Of a DNA stretch of 32,000 nt, positions 7,990 to 17,798 are shown one piece after another. Position 1 is the first letter of the stretch, and each line of letters starts with the position of its first letter. The position numbers and the translations under genes are program-made. This stretch comes from Nostoc sp. PCC 7120 = FACHB-418 (lineage in GTDB: Bacteria; Cyanobacteriota; Cyanobacteriia; Cyanobacteriales; Nostocaceae). The notes under the pieces are model-generated. The model was not told where the DNA came from, did not search any database, and saw only the letters and a program-made list of their open reading frames with translations. The stretch spans positions 2,850,001 through 2,882,000 of the forward strand of contig NC_003272.1 in assembly GCF_000009705.1 (NCBI RefSeq), given 5' to 3'.

Positions 7990-8142
7990 GTAGGGGTGTA
8001 GGGGTATGGGGTTTAGGGGTTTAGGGGTATTCTTTCCCTTACACCCTCACACCCTTACACCCTCACACCCTTACACCCTCATACCCTTACACCCTTACAC
8101 CCTCACACCCTTACACCCTTACACCCTCACACCCTCACACCC
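7990..8142. repeat. Octamer tandem-repeat arrays as near-complementary arms
   Basis: Left arm has 5 units of (G)TAGGGGT type (7990-8029). Right arm has 13 units of T(T/C)ACACCC (8039-8142). It begins 3 nt after the stop at 7987. Confidence 0.9.
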
Positions 8143-8438
8143 CTACTCCTAAAATAAAAAACCCAAAAGTTAGGATGAGGAAGTTCTAGGGAACAATATA
8201 TACGGAGAAACATCAACCCATTTATGAAATCTTTACCATTTTCATTTGATTGAATTGGTGAGATTGTTAACTAGGGTTTGATGAGTAAGTCCTGACGCTG
8301 GTATATTCTCTAAACTTGCAGACAATACCTATCATCAATTTACTTCAGTAGCTGCCCAAACTTCTGACATTTGAGCAGTAAATTGCTATATTATCCCCCA
8401 ACTATCTCACCCCTTATTTTGAATAACTAAAAGTGGCT

Positions 8439-9914
8439 ATGAAATCAATAATGGTAGTGGGAACAACATCCCACGCTGGAAAATCACTGATAAGTACGGC
8501 TATTTGTCGCATTTTGTCACGGCGTGGTTGGCGAGTAGCACCCTTCAAGGGGCAAAATATGGCATTAAATGCCTATGTCACAGCCAATGGGGGAGAAATT
8601 GGCTACGCACAAGCAGTACAAGCCTGGGCAGCAGGGGTGGTACCGTGGGTAGAAATGAATCCAATTCTACTCAAACCTCAAGGAGATATGACTTCTCAAG
8701 TCATTATTAGAGGTAGACCTGTAGGCAGAGTCAATGCTGCTGATTATTATGAGCAGTATTTTGAACCTGGTTGGCGGGCAATTGAAGAATCTCTACAACA
8801 TTTAGCAACCGAATTTGATTTAGTCGTTTGTGAAGGCGCGGGTAGTCCAGCAGAAATCAACCTTAAGCACCGCGACTTAACTAATATGCGGGTAGCAAAA
8901 TATTTGAATGCCCCAACTCTATTAGTAGTTGATATTGACCGTGGTGGTGCTTTTGCTCACGTAGTCGGCACACTAGAATTATTAGACCCAGAAGAACGCC
9001 AACTAATTAAAGGTGTAGTCATTAACAAATTCCGGGGACAGCGATCGCTTCTAGACCCAGGAATCAAATGGTTAGAAGAACGGACTGGTATTCCTGTGGT
9101 CGGTGTAATTCCCTACTTACAAGAAGTTTTCCCCGCCGAAGATTCCCTAGACTTGTTAGAACGCAAAACACACAAAGCCCACGCAGATCTCCAAATCACA
9201 GTTGTTCGCTTACCGCGAATTGCCAACTTTACCGACTTCGACCCTCTAGAATCAGAACCCACCGTTGCGGTCAAATACATTAGCCCGAAACAAGATTTAG
9301 GACACCCAGATGCAGTAATTTTGCCAGGGACAAAAACTACAATTGCCGACTTGATATTATTGCAAAAGACTGGCATGGCAGAAGCAATCCAGAACTACGC
9401 AGCCTCCGGGGGTACAGTTTTGGGTATTTGCGGTGGCTACCAAATTCTGGGGCAAATGATCGCCGATCCAGAAGGTATCGAAGGCCAAGCTGGTAGATAT
9501 CAGGGCTTGAATCTCTTACCAATTAGAACCGTAATCACCGGACAAAAGATTGCTCGTCAGCGCCAAGTTAGCTCCAATTTCCCGCAACAGGGTTTACCAG
9601 TCAACGGCTTTGAGATTCACCAAGGGCGATCGCGCGTGGAACCACAAGGCGATAGCCAAGCTTTCCAACCTCTATTCGATGACGTTAACTTAGGCTTAGT
9701 AGATAGCTGTCAATCTGTTTGGGGTAGTTATCTACACGGATTGTTTGACAATGGCCCCTGGCGGCGTGCTTGGTTAAATCGTCTTCGTCAACAGCGCGGT
9801 TTAAAATCTCTACCTACAGGTGTGGCTAACTACCGCGAACAACGAGAGCAGATGTTAGATAATATAGCTACTGAAGTAGAAAACCATTTAGACTTGACCC
9901 CCTTTCTGCCCTAG
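8439..9914 (+). CDS. cobQ: Cobyric acid synthase
   Basis: N-terminal MKSIMVVGTTSHAGKS P-loop domain plus a C-terminal glutamine amidotransferase with GICGGYQ. The track ORF starts at GTG 8433 and the ATG at 8439 is preferred. Confidence 0.9.
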   Translation: MKSIMVVGTTSHAGKSLISTAICRILSRRGWRVAPFKGQNMALNAYVTANGGEIGYAQAVQAWAAGVVPWVEMNPILLKPQGDMTSQVIIRGRPVGRVNAADYYEQYFEPGWRAIEESLQHLATEFDLVVCEGAGSPAEINLKHRDLTNMRVAKYLNAPTLLVVDIDRGGAFAHVVGTLELLDPEERQLIKGVVINKFRGQRSLLDPGIKWLEERTGIPVVGVIPYLQEVFPAEDSLDLLERKTHKAHADLQITVVRLPRIANFTDFDPLESEPTVAVKYISPKQDLGHPDAVILPGTKTTIADLILLQKTGMAEAIQNYAASGGTVLGICGGYQILGQMIADPEGIEGQAGRYQGLNLLPIRTVITGQKIARQRQVSSNFPQQGLPVNGFEIHQGRSRVEPQGDSQAFQPLFDDVNLGLVDSCQSVWGSYLHGLFDNGPWRRAWLNRLRQQRGLKSLPTGVANYREQREQMLDNIATEVENHLDLTPFLP

Positions 9915-9929
9915 CGAGGCTAGTATCTC

Positions 9930-10169
9930 ATGAATGTTTGCGTCCGATTCTTGCCAGATGATGTCACCACTAATGCTGAAGTGGGAGAAGCCCTATTAGA
10001 TGTAGCAGATCGGGCGGGAGTATTCATTCCCACTGGTTGTCTGATGGGTTCATGTCATGCTTGCACTGTGGAACTTGAAGATGGCGAAGTCATCCGTGCT
10101 TGTCTTAGTGCTGTACCACCAGGGCGCGAAGAGTTAATTATTCATCTATTTAGCGACCCAACTTGGTAA
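9930..10169 (+). CDS. Small 2Fe-2S ferredoxin-like protein
   Basis: C-X4-C-X2-C (CLMGSCHAC) plus a distal Cys (RAC). Sits 15 nt after cobQ. Confidence 0.75.
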   Translation: MNVCVRFLPDDVTTNAEVGEALLDVADRAGVFIPTGCLMGSCHACTVELEDGEVIRACLSAVPPGREELIIHLFSDPTW

Positions 10170-10350
10170 GAAAATGTAGCCCTTAGTTTCTTGTAAGAGT
10201 TGCTACAATCTAGCCAGAGCAAGAGTTTTGAGAGTCAGTGCGGTGCATCTCTATTGCCCCGTCTTGGCTTAAATAGAACTCTTCATCATTTTTGAGAAAG
10301 TAGCATAATTGCAAGTATTTTGGTAAGACATTTTGTAAGTAAGCAATGTT

Positions 10351-13300
10351 CTACTCTGTAACCCCGATGACATCCGATAAAGTAGTCAATAAATCCGTGG
10401 TTGTGTAGGGCTTAGATATAAATCTGTCTGCACCAGCCACAATCGCTTTTTGCTCGTTGGCGGGTAAGCCACTGGTGGCAATAATCTTGACATTGGGGTT
10501 GATGGTGCGTAGGGTGCGGATGGCGGTTAATCCGTCCATGTTGGGCATGAGCATATCTAGCAAGACGGCACTGATTTCCGGTTGATATTCGACATAGAGC
10601 GCGATCGCCTCAATGCCATCGTTAGCTACCAAAATTTTATAGTTATAATCCGCCAGGGCTTCTTGTGCAGTTTGTTGGATGATCGTTTCATCATCGACAA
10701 CTAAAATCAACTCGCCATTACCTCTAGGCAATTCTGTTTTTGCTATGGTCTCGGTTGCTGTTCCTTTTCCTCTGAGTAAGAACACCTGAAATTCTGTGCC
10801 TTGACCTACCTGACTTGCCACTTCTACAAAACCGCCGTGGTTCTTGACGATACCTAAAACCGTTGATAGTCCTAGCCCTGTACCTTTACCGACTTCTTTC
10901 GTGGTAAAAAAGGGATCAAATATGCGTTCTAAGATTTCTGGCGGAATTCCTGTGCCTGTATCTGAGATGGTGACAACAATGTAGTCTCCTACTTCCGACT
11001 CTAAGTGCATTCGGGCATAGGTAGAGTCGATTACCCGATTGGTGGCAGTGATAGTAAGCTTACCACCATTGGGCATAGCGTCACGGGCATTGACTGCCAA
11101 GTTCATGAACACCTGTTCTAATTGGGTGGGATCGGCTTGCACCATCCACAAGGTGTTTGTCGGAATATCAGTAATGATTTCAATGGATTTAGGAAATGTC
11201 TGTTGGATGACTTTGGCTAACTCTTTGAGCAAATGTCCAGGTTGCAGGAAGATGCGTTGACCTTCGGTACCACGGGCAAAGGTGAGAATTTGTTTTACTA
11301 AATCAGAGCCACGCTTGGAGCTGGTTTCTAGAGTTTTGAACAGTTCTTGAGTCCTTATATCCACATTTTTACATCTGGAAGGCAACAGTTGGGCAATCAT
11401 CACAATGGGAGCAAACACATTATTGAGGTCGTGGGCAATGCCACTGGCTAGAGTGCCGATACTTTCCAGCCGTTGAACGCGGTAAAATTGTAGTTCTAGT
11501 TGTTTTTTCTCGGTGATGTTGGTGTTAACTACTAAGATTGATGGGGAATCTCCGAATTGATTGTGTACCAGTGTCCACCGACTAGCAACAATAATTTCTT
11601 GAGCATTTTTGGTGGTTTGCTCTAATTCTCCATGCCAAGAACCTTGTTCGAGAGTGGTTGTTACAGCTGCTTCCAATTGAGATGAGGATTCTTTATGGAA
11701 AAGTTCATGGGCTAATTTCCCCACAGTTTCCTCTGCTGTCCAACCGTATAAGTTTTCTGCCCCTCGACTCCAGAACAAAATGCGGTTTGCTAAATCACGG
11801 ACAAAAATGGCATCTGTCGCAACATTAATTAAAGCTGCTTGTTGACGGATTTGCTCTTGGGCCTGTTTGCGCTCTGTTATATCTGTGGAAACACCACAAA
11901 TCGCATAGGGTTCACCAGTCGCATCGCAGAGGGGAAACTTGACAGTTAAGTAAGTGTGTAGCCCATCCTCAAATTGAATTTCTTCCTCAAACTGCACAGG
12001 AGTCCTAGAAGAGAGAACCTCTTGATCATTTACACTTAAGGACTGAGCAGTTTTAGGAGAGAAGACTTTTACATTAGTTTTATTTTTGACTTGCTCTCGT
12101 GTCAGGTGGGTGATTCTTTCAAATTCGGAATTCACCAGAATATGCCGTCCCTGCATATCCTTAACATAGATAACAGCCGGGCAATTATCTATAATCGCCT
12201 GTAGCCTTTGATTGCTTTCTCTGACAGCTTCCTCAGCGTTTTTACGCTCAGTAATGTCCATATTCACCCCAATCATCTGGAGTGGCTCACCCGTGATGTC
12301 ATCGTATAATACTTGACCTTTACATAATGACCAACCAACTGTACCATCTGGGTAAAGAAACCGGAATTCGATATCATGGGGTACTTGTTGCTCAATGGCT
12401 CGCAACGCTGATTGATGCAGGAACTCTCGGTCTTCAGGATGGACAATGAGATTTAAAAAATTTTCATAGCTGACATCAAACGTATCAGGGGTTAAACCAA
12501 ATAAAGAAAACAGATGATCAGACCAGATAACTTCATTAGTTTGCAGATTCCAGTCCCAAGTACCAGTATTACCGGCCCAGAGTGCTAGTTTTAGCCGTTG
12601 CTCGCTTTTTTGCAGTTTTGCCTCAGCTTGTTTGCGTTCTGTAATGTCCTGATGCACTCCAATCATGCGGATTGGTTTCCCAACTTCATCGTAGAAGACG
12701 TTTCCTTTGCCACTTGCCCAGTGTACTGTACCATCAAGCCACACTACTCGAAACTCGATATTACAGATGGTATTTTGATCAATAGACTGCATCAGGTGTT
12801 GTTCTACAAATTCTCGGTCTTCAGGGTGGATGAAATTTACAAATGATTCAAACCTGTTGTTGAATGTCTGGGGATCGATATTAAATAAAGAACACATACT
12901 CTCAGACCAGACCACCTCATTTGTTTGCAGATTCCAGTCCCACATACCTGTGCTGCTGGCTGAGAGTGCCAGTTGTAGCCGTTGCTCGCTGTTTTGCAGA
13001 TTTGCTTTAGCCTGCTGGCGATCGCTCACATCCCGGATGATGGAAAGATGACGATGTGGTATAAAATTGGCAACCGCCGCAAATTCTGTTGCTCTTACTG
13101 TACCGTTGGGACGATGCAATTGAAACTCACCCGACATTTGTTCTTGTTCACGGAACTGTTGCCAAGCTTGGGTAAAATTAAATTCTGGTGCAGCAAAATC
13201 CGCAATTGTGGAAGCTAACAGTTCTTCCCTAGATACACCAAATAATTCGCAAGCTGCTGCATTGACATCTACATAACATCCCTCATCATCAGCAATCAGG

Positions 13301-14385
13301 ATCGCATCCAAAGCCTGATCAAACAAGGCTTGCAACTGCTGTTCACGCCGTCGCAGACGTGCATTAGCTTGCACCAGTTCGGCTGTCCGCTCCGCCACCC
13401 GCAACTCTAGTTCTTGTTGTACTTGGCGCAGTGATTCCTCAACTTGGTGGCGTTGTTTGATTTCTGCTTCTAACTGCTGGTTGGTTTGCTGGAGTTGAAA
13501 TGTTTGCTCTGCAACTTTGGCTTCTAAGGCTTGGATGACGTTGACTATTTCTAAAGGATCAAGCACTTGCAGGAGATTGGTTTGTGTCACTAGTCCTTGG
13601 AGTTGGCCTTGTTCACCCACCACAACTAACCGTCGCACCCCTCGCGCTTGCATCAACAGATTAACAGTCCACAAAGATTCGCTGGGACTAATACTGAATA
13701 CAGGGGAACTCATCACGGTTTGCGCTGGGGTTTGGGCGATATCTAGTCCTTGTAAGTGGACTTTGAGAATATCTTTCTCCGTAATCATCCCCACAGGGAT
13801 CAGTTTTGTCTCTTGCGGTGCGACAATGACAACGCAACTGATCCGGCGATCGCTCATCATCTGAGATAATTCCAACACAGATGTAGTTGGCAGTGCATGA
13901 ATAATTTGCGTTACCATCACCTCTGTTACACATCGCAGTTTCAGCAGATGCGCTGGTTGAACCACCTGACGTATTCTGTCTTGAGTAATCAAGCCTAACA
14001 ATTGTCCTTGCTCATCTACCACAGGCAAATGGCGAATGTGATGCTGGCGCATGAAAGCTAGAGCGGTGAGAGCATTTTGAGCCGCAGCCTGTGTCAAGCT
14101 AATGACTGGCTGAGTCATCACCTCGGAAATTTTTTTCCTGGATATATTTACCCCTACGCCAGTGAGCCTGACTATATCCCGTAGAGTGAATATACCTACT
14201 AAGTTTTTTTCCTCAACTACTAAAACACAACTACTAAAATCAGATGCAGAATCTATTGTACATCTGCTTACCGGATTCATGAGAGCAATTACATCAACGA
14301 GCAGAGTATCCGGTAACACAGTTAAAGGGTAACATTCCATTACCTGCTCTATGGTAGGTAAATCCACAGGATAAAGTGATGGCAT
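10351..14385 (-). CDS. Hybrid sensor histidine kinase (CBS x4, coiled coil, five PAS/PAC, HisKA, HATPase_c, receiver)
   Basis: CBS-like repeats at aa 15-280. Gln-rich coiled coil at 285-350. PAC-type ITERK repeats. H-box SGIAHDLNN (His985). N/G boxes NLAVNARDAM, DTGTGI and GKGTGLGL. Receiver with LLDMLMPNMDG and a terminal K-P. Confidence 0.9.
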   Translation of the reverse strand: MPSLYPVDLPTIEQVMECYPLTVLPDTLLVDVIALMNPVSRCTIDSASDFSSCVLVVEEKNLVGIFTLRDIVRLTGVGVNISRKKISEVMTQPVISLTQAAAQNALTALAFMRQHHIRHLPVVDEQGQLLGLITQDRIRQVVQPAHLLKLRCVTEVMVTQIIHALPTTSVLELSQMMSDRRISCVVIVAPQETKLIPVGMITEKDILKVHLQGLDIAQTPAQTVMSSPVFSISPSESLWTVNLLMQARGVRRLVVVGEQGQLQGLVTQTNLLQVLDPLEIVNVIQALEAKVAEQTFQLQQTNQQLEAEIKQRHQVEESLRQVQQELELRVAERTAELVQANARLRRREQQLQALFDQALDAILIADDEGCYVDVNAAACELFGVSREELLASTIADFAAPEFNFTQAWQQFREQEQMSGEFQLHRPNGTVRATEFAAVANFIPHRHLSIIRDVSDRQQAKANLQNSEQRLQLALSASSTGMWDWNLQTNEVVWSESMCSLFNIDPQTFNNRFESFVNFIHPEDREFVEQHLMQSIDQNTICNIEFRVVWLDGTVHWASGKGNVFYDEVGKPIRMIGVHQDITERKQAEAKLQKSEQRLKLALWAGNTGTWDWNLQTNEVIWSDHLFSLFGLTPDTFDVSYENFLNLIVHPEDREFLHQSALRAIEQQVPHDIEFRFLYPDGTVGWSLCKGQVLYDDITGEPLQMIGVNMDITERKNAEEAVRESNQRLQAIIDNCPAVIYVKDMQGRHILVNSEFERITHLTREQVKNKTNVKVFSPKTAQSLSVNDQEVLSSRTPVQFEEEIQFEDGLHTYLTVKFPLCDATGEPYAICGVSTDITERKQAQEQIRQQAALINVATDAIFVRDLANRILFWSRGAENLYGWTAEETVGKLAHELFHKESSSQLEAAVTTTLEQGSWHGELEQTTKNAQEIIVASRWTLVHNQFGDSPSILVVNTNITEKKQLELQFYRVQRLESIGTLASGIAHDLNNVFAPIVMIAQLLPSRCKNVDIRTQELFKTLETSSKRGSDLVKQILTFARGTEGQRIFLQPGHLLKELAKVIQQTFPKSIEIITDIPTNTLWMVQADPTQLEQVFMNLAVNARDAMPNGGKLTITATNRVIDSTYARMHLESEVGDYIVVTISDTGTGIPPEILERIFDPFFTTKEVGKGTGLGLSTVLGIVKNHGGFVEVASQVGQGTEFQVFLLRGKGTATETIAKTELPRGNGELILVVDDETIIQQTAQEALADYNYKILVANDGIEAIALYVEYQPEISAVLLDMLMPNMDGLTAIRTLRTINPNVKIIATSGLPANEQKAIVAGADRFISKPYTTTDLLTTLSDVIGVTE

Positions 14386-14782
14386 TAGTTAAGTGTTTCC
14401 GTGAAAGCAATAAAAAAGTGATATTAAAAATCTGAACAGCACAAAATCAGCTTAAAAAGTAAGAATCTTCAGTCCAGATGACAAAATTTAGCTTTTTTCT
14501 CAAATCACAGTTCTGATGTTAATTTTGGCTAATATACTGGGATATTATTTTGTAATTTTTATAACTTTCTTATGATTAAAATGTCTTAAATTGATTATAT
14601 AACTATTTACAAAATACAAACTAAGCAACTCTAGGAGTTAATTTCTTCCCAAGGATTGTTACAGTATAAAAAATATCAAAGTTTTGAAAGTTAATATGGT
14701 TCGCTCCATATTTAGCTTTTAATAAAAAAATCTGTTTTAATTAGTTTAAATTTGATTAATATCGGAATCCGATTTGATTTCT

Positions 14783-14925
14783 GTTGGCGTAGCCTGCGCT
14801 TACGCATAAAATTCTCAGTATCAGTAGGGTGGACATTGCCCAACGACTCATGGTTTTGGTGGGCAATGCCCAACGCCACTTGCTCTAAGCCTGGAAACCC
14901 GTAAGAGCGCAGTGGCTCCCCTACG
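14783..14925. repeat. Composite dispersed-repeat block (Nostoc-type small dispersed repeats)
   Basis: Two copies of the (G)GCA(A/T)TGCCCAACG hairpin unit (14827-14845 and 14858-14875), plus GGCGTAGCCTGCGCTTACGC. The tracked ORF 14712..14942 is a translation of this repeat. Confidence 0.5.
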
Positions 14926-15174
14926 TATATTTCAAAAATCAATTATGAGTCCTATAGTTATGAAAAAAACGTCAGTATCTAGTGGTTTTACTAGTTGTAA
15001 AAAGAGCTAAAATTTTTGCCTAATCCTAGTTTAGCAAGCTGATGTAATCGCTAATCGCTTGCTGCTGCTTTTATTAGAAAATGCCGTGATATTCCACTAT
15101 CACGACATCCAAGGGTGGTCGCGGTTTTCTCCTCTAGCTAACCAATCCCATAAGGATATATTTTAATTTTTATT

Positions 15175-15310
15175 AGGGACTTCCAGAAAATAAATTATTC
15201 AATGGGTCAGAGCAAATATGATCATTGTATTCTTCCTCCCCTGCTTCCCCTGCTCTCCCTGCCTCCCCTGCTTACCACAGTGATTGTATATTTTTTAGTT
15301 GGAAGTCCCT
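15175..15310. mobile_element. MITE-like element with 11-bp terminal inverted repeats and a nested CT-rich insert
   Basis: AGGGACTTCCA (15175-15185) / TGGAAGTCCCT (15300-15310). An inner block of CCCCTGCTT-like repeats is flanked by the direct repeats ATTGTAT (15224-15230 and 15283-15289). Confidence 0.55.
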
Positions 15311-15356
15311 TAGCAGGGCATTAACGTAACTACTAACTGTTTCAGTCACTACGTAA

Positions 15357-15381
15357 TAGAGACGCAATTGTCGCGTCTCTA
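15357..15381. terminator. Stem-loop 8 nt beyond the SRPBCC gene stop
   Basis: TAGAGACGC (15357-15365) / GCGTCTCTA (15373-15381). The T-run (15385-15389) is on the plus-strand side only, so its orientation is ambiguous. Confidence 0.4.
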
Positions 15382-15388
15382 CACTTTT

Positions 15389-15844
15389 TCAACGATTAAC
15401 TGATGACTGATGAAGATTCAGGGCATACTCCCTAAACCTTTCTAAATCAGCTTGAATTGTCGATTCCACAGCCTTACCCAAAAACAAATTATCCATGATT
15501 TTGCCTAGAAAGCCAGGGATAGCATAGGAGATAGTCATCTTGACGATACTATGACCGTGGCGATCGTAAAAGCGGATAGCGCCTTGATTGGGCAGACCAT
15601 CAATCGATTCCCATTGAATAATTTGGTTGGTAATAACCTTGGTAATGCGAGATTTCCAGGTAAATTCCAGTCCACCAGTATTGAGTTTCCAAAGTGATAG
15701 ATCAGGATTTTCTGGTGGAACTTTGACAGAATCAATCCACTTCATCCAATTAGGCATTTGTTCCAAGTCAGCCCATAACCCCCATACTAAATCTATAGGG
15801 GCTTCCACTTCTACCTGTACGCTATGTTCTAGCCAGTTAGACAT
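15389..15844 (-). CDS. SRPBCC (cyclase/dehydrase, START-like) family protein
   Basis: 151 aa. The pattern VEVEAPIDLVWGLWADLEQMPNWM is typical of polyketide-cyclase/COQ10-like SRPBCC proteins. Sits 43 nt after zds. Confidence 0.75.
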   Translation of the reverse strand: MSNWLEHSVQVEVEAPIDLVWGLWADLEQMPNWMKWIDSVKVPPENPDLSLWKLNTGGLEFTWKSRITKVITNQIIQWESIDGLPNQGAIRFYDRHGHSIVKMTISYAIPGFLGKIMDNLFLGKAVESTIQADLERFREYALNLHQSSVNR

Positions 15845-15887
15845 TCTATTTCGGATTTGAGATTTGATTAGATTAGCAGTTCTAACT

Positions 15888-17327
15888 CTATTTTTTAATA
15901 TTATCTAGGATGACTTTTGCCGCCCGCCGTCCTGAAACTGTTGCCCCTTCCATGCTGTCGATGTAGTCTTGCTGCGTATAACTACCCGCCAGAAAGAAAT
16001 TGGCTATAGGAGTTTTTTGGTTAGGACGGTAAACATCCATACCTGGGGCTTCTCGGTAGAGAGATTGAGCCAGCTTGACTACACTGTACCAAGTCATGTT
16101 TAGCTCCCGTGATGAGGGGAACAGTTCATATACTTGTTTAAGAACGTGTTGGGCGATCGCTTCGTTACTTTCTTTGATAAATGGGTCTCCTGGGGTCAAT
16201 ACCAGTTGCAACAACGACCCTTGACCTTGACGATAATAATCACTAGGACTAGTCAAAGCTAAATCAGCAAAACAGGAAAAGTCAGCATCTGCGGTATAGA
16301 GCAAATTATCTAGACCGGCAGCCTCTTTTAGCTGTTTGCGTTTATTTTCATCTTGCAGTTCTGTTACCCAGCCATCAAATCTCATCTGCACAGTGGCAAC
16401 GGGTACTGCATCTAGCTTATAAATGTTATCAAATTCCGACCATTTCCGCCATTCTTGAGGTAAAACTCGCTGTATTCCAGGAATATCGCAAGCACAAACG
16501 TAGGCATCTGCGGTAATTTCTTCTACTTCATCACCTTTGGCTACTACTATACCAGTAACGCGAGTTTGCCCTTCTGCTTCAGCATACTTAATTTCCCGTA
16601 CTTGCCGACGAGTATAAACTTTTGTTCCCCTAGCTTCTAAATACCTGAGAATGGGCTGATGTAAATATTCATCAGGCGAACCTTCCAACATTCGCAGTAC
16701 AGAGGCTTCGCTTCTAACTGCGAAGAATTGGAAGATTGTTAACATACAACGAGCGGAGATATTTTCACAGTCAATAAATCCCAAGGCATAGGCAATGGGG
16801 TTCCACATTCGTTTAATGCTACCATTACTACCGCCGTGACTGCGAAACCAATCGGCAAAGCTAATTTTATCTAGGTTGCGGATGGTTTTCATTGCCCCTT
16901 CAAAATCTACTAATCCACGCACAATGGGGCTTGTACCTAGAGCGATCGCATTTTGCAGTTTATCCTGTAATGAGAGTTGAGAGGTGGTAAAAAACGCTTT
17001 CAACCCATTGAAGGGCGCACCCGTAAAGAAACGAAAATCCAAAGCACCTGTCCGTCCCCCTTTGTTGACAAAGGTGTGGGTATGTTCTTTGAGGCGTAAA
17101 TGGGAAAACGCCCCCACCTTATTCATGAGTTCAAATAGTTGGTAGTAGCACCCGAAAAAAACGTGCAAACCCATTTCAACGTGATTACCATCGCCATCAA
17201 TCCAACTGCCAACTTTACCACCAACAAACGGACGGGATTCAAAAATTTGGACTTCACAGCCAGCATCAGCTAAATCTATAGCGGTTGCTAGCCCAGCCAA
17301 TCCCGCTCCTACGATTGCAACGCGCAT
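15888..17327 (-). CDS. zds: Zeta-carotene desaturase (plant/cyanobacterial type)
   Basis: [13 protein letters not shown] dinucleotide fold followed by [13 protein letters not shown]...[14 protein letters not shown], which matches ZDS rather than PDS. Confidence 0.9.
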
Positions 17328-17621
17328 TCCGTTCTTCCTTCTTCAGCTTCTTTACAAATTGTAACTGGCTTGGTGTCGGAATTTGCTAGTTATATAAATT
17401 TCAGCAGTGTATTGAAAGACAACAAAGTCATGCACCTGATGATCAATAAGCTTTTATTACTCCTTTTGATGCTGGTTATTAGAAACACTTTACTTGAAGT
17501 GTGCATATTCCAGTAAACTAACTTTCGTTAGTAAAAGCAGACTAAAAAAGCATCATAGATGTTTGTTGAGTAGTCATATAGATGTAGTCGTAAATGTGCA
17601 GCAAAAAAATTACACTACCTC

Positions 17622-17798
17622 CTAGCGATTTGTTTCTTTGCTGTCATCTGATACAGGTAAACTTCTAATCAGTTCCCGAATCACATCAGTTGCTGGTCTA
17701 CCTGTCTGTTGACAATATTTTTCCAGTTTTTCTGCTTCCTGTGCTGCTAAGTTGACAGTTATGCGTTTAACGGCCCATTTTTTATTAGTCATTATCAT
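17622..17798 (-). CDS. Ribbon-helix-helix (CopG-like) protein, 58 aa, absent from the ORF track
   Basis: Hand translation gives MIMTNKKWAVKRITVNLAAQEAEKLEKYCQQTGRPATDVIRELIRSLPVSDDSKETNR, then stop TAG (17622-17624). It shows the classic RHH strand-helix-helix pattern. Confidence 0.6.
   Translation of the reverse strand: MIMTNKKWAVKRITVNLAAQEAEKLEKYCQQTGRPATDVIRELIRSLPVSDDSKETNR

Noticed and set aside
8150-8432. Possible cobalamin riboswitch upstream of cobQ (AGGGAA, GGTGAGATTG, GCTGCCCAAAC and AGTCCTGACGCTGG pieces).
   Set aside because: The pieces are in the wrong order and at the wrong spacing for the riboswitch consensus, and the B12-box candidate matches only about half the positions. 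An Rfam RF00174 scan would settle it.
11039-13933. Six short ORFs inside or antisense to the histidine kinase gene, with similar cases in the ABC, cobQ, zds-neighbour, 546-aa and cobO genes.
   Set aside because: They are embedded in long, motif-rich genes and have no motifs of their own. These are typical shadow ORFs.
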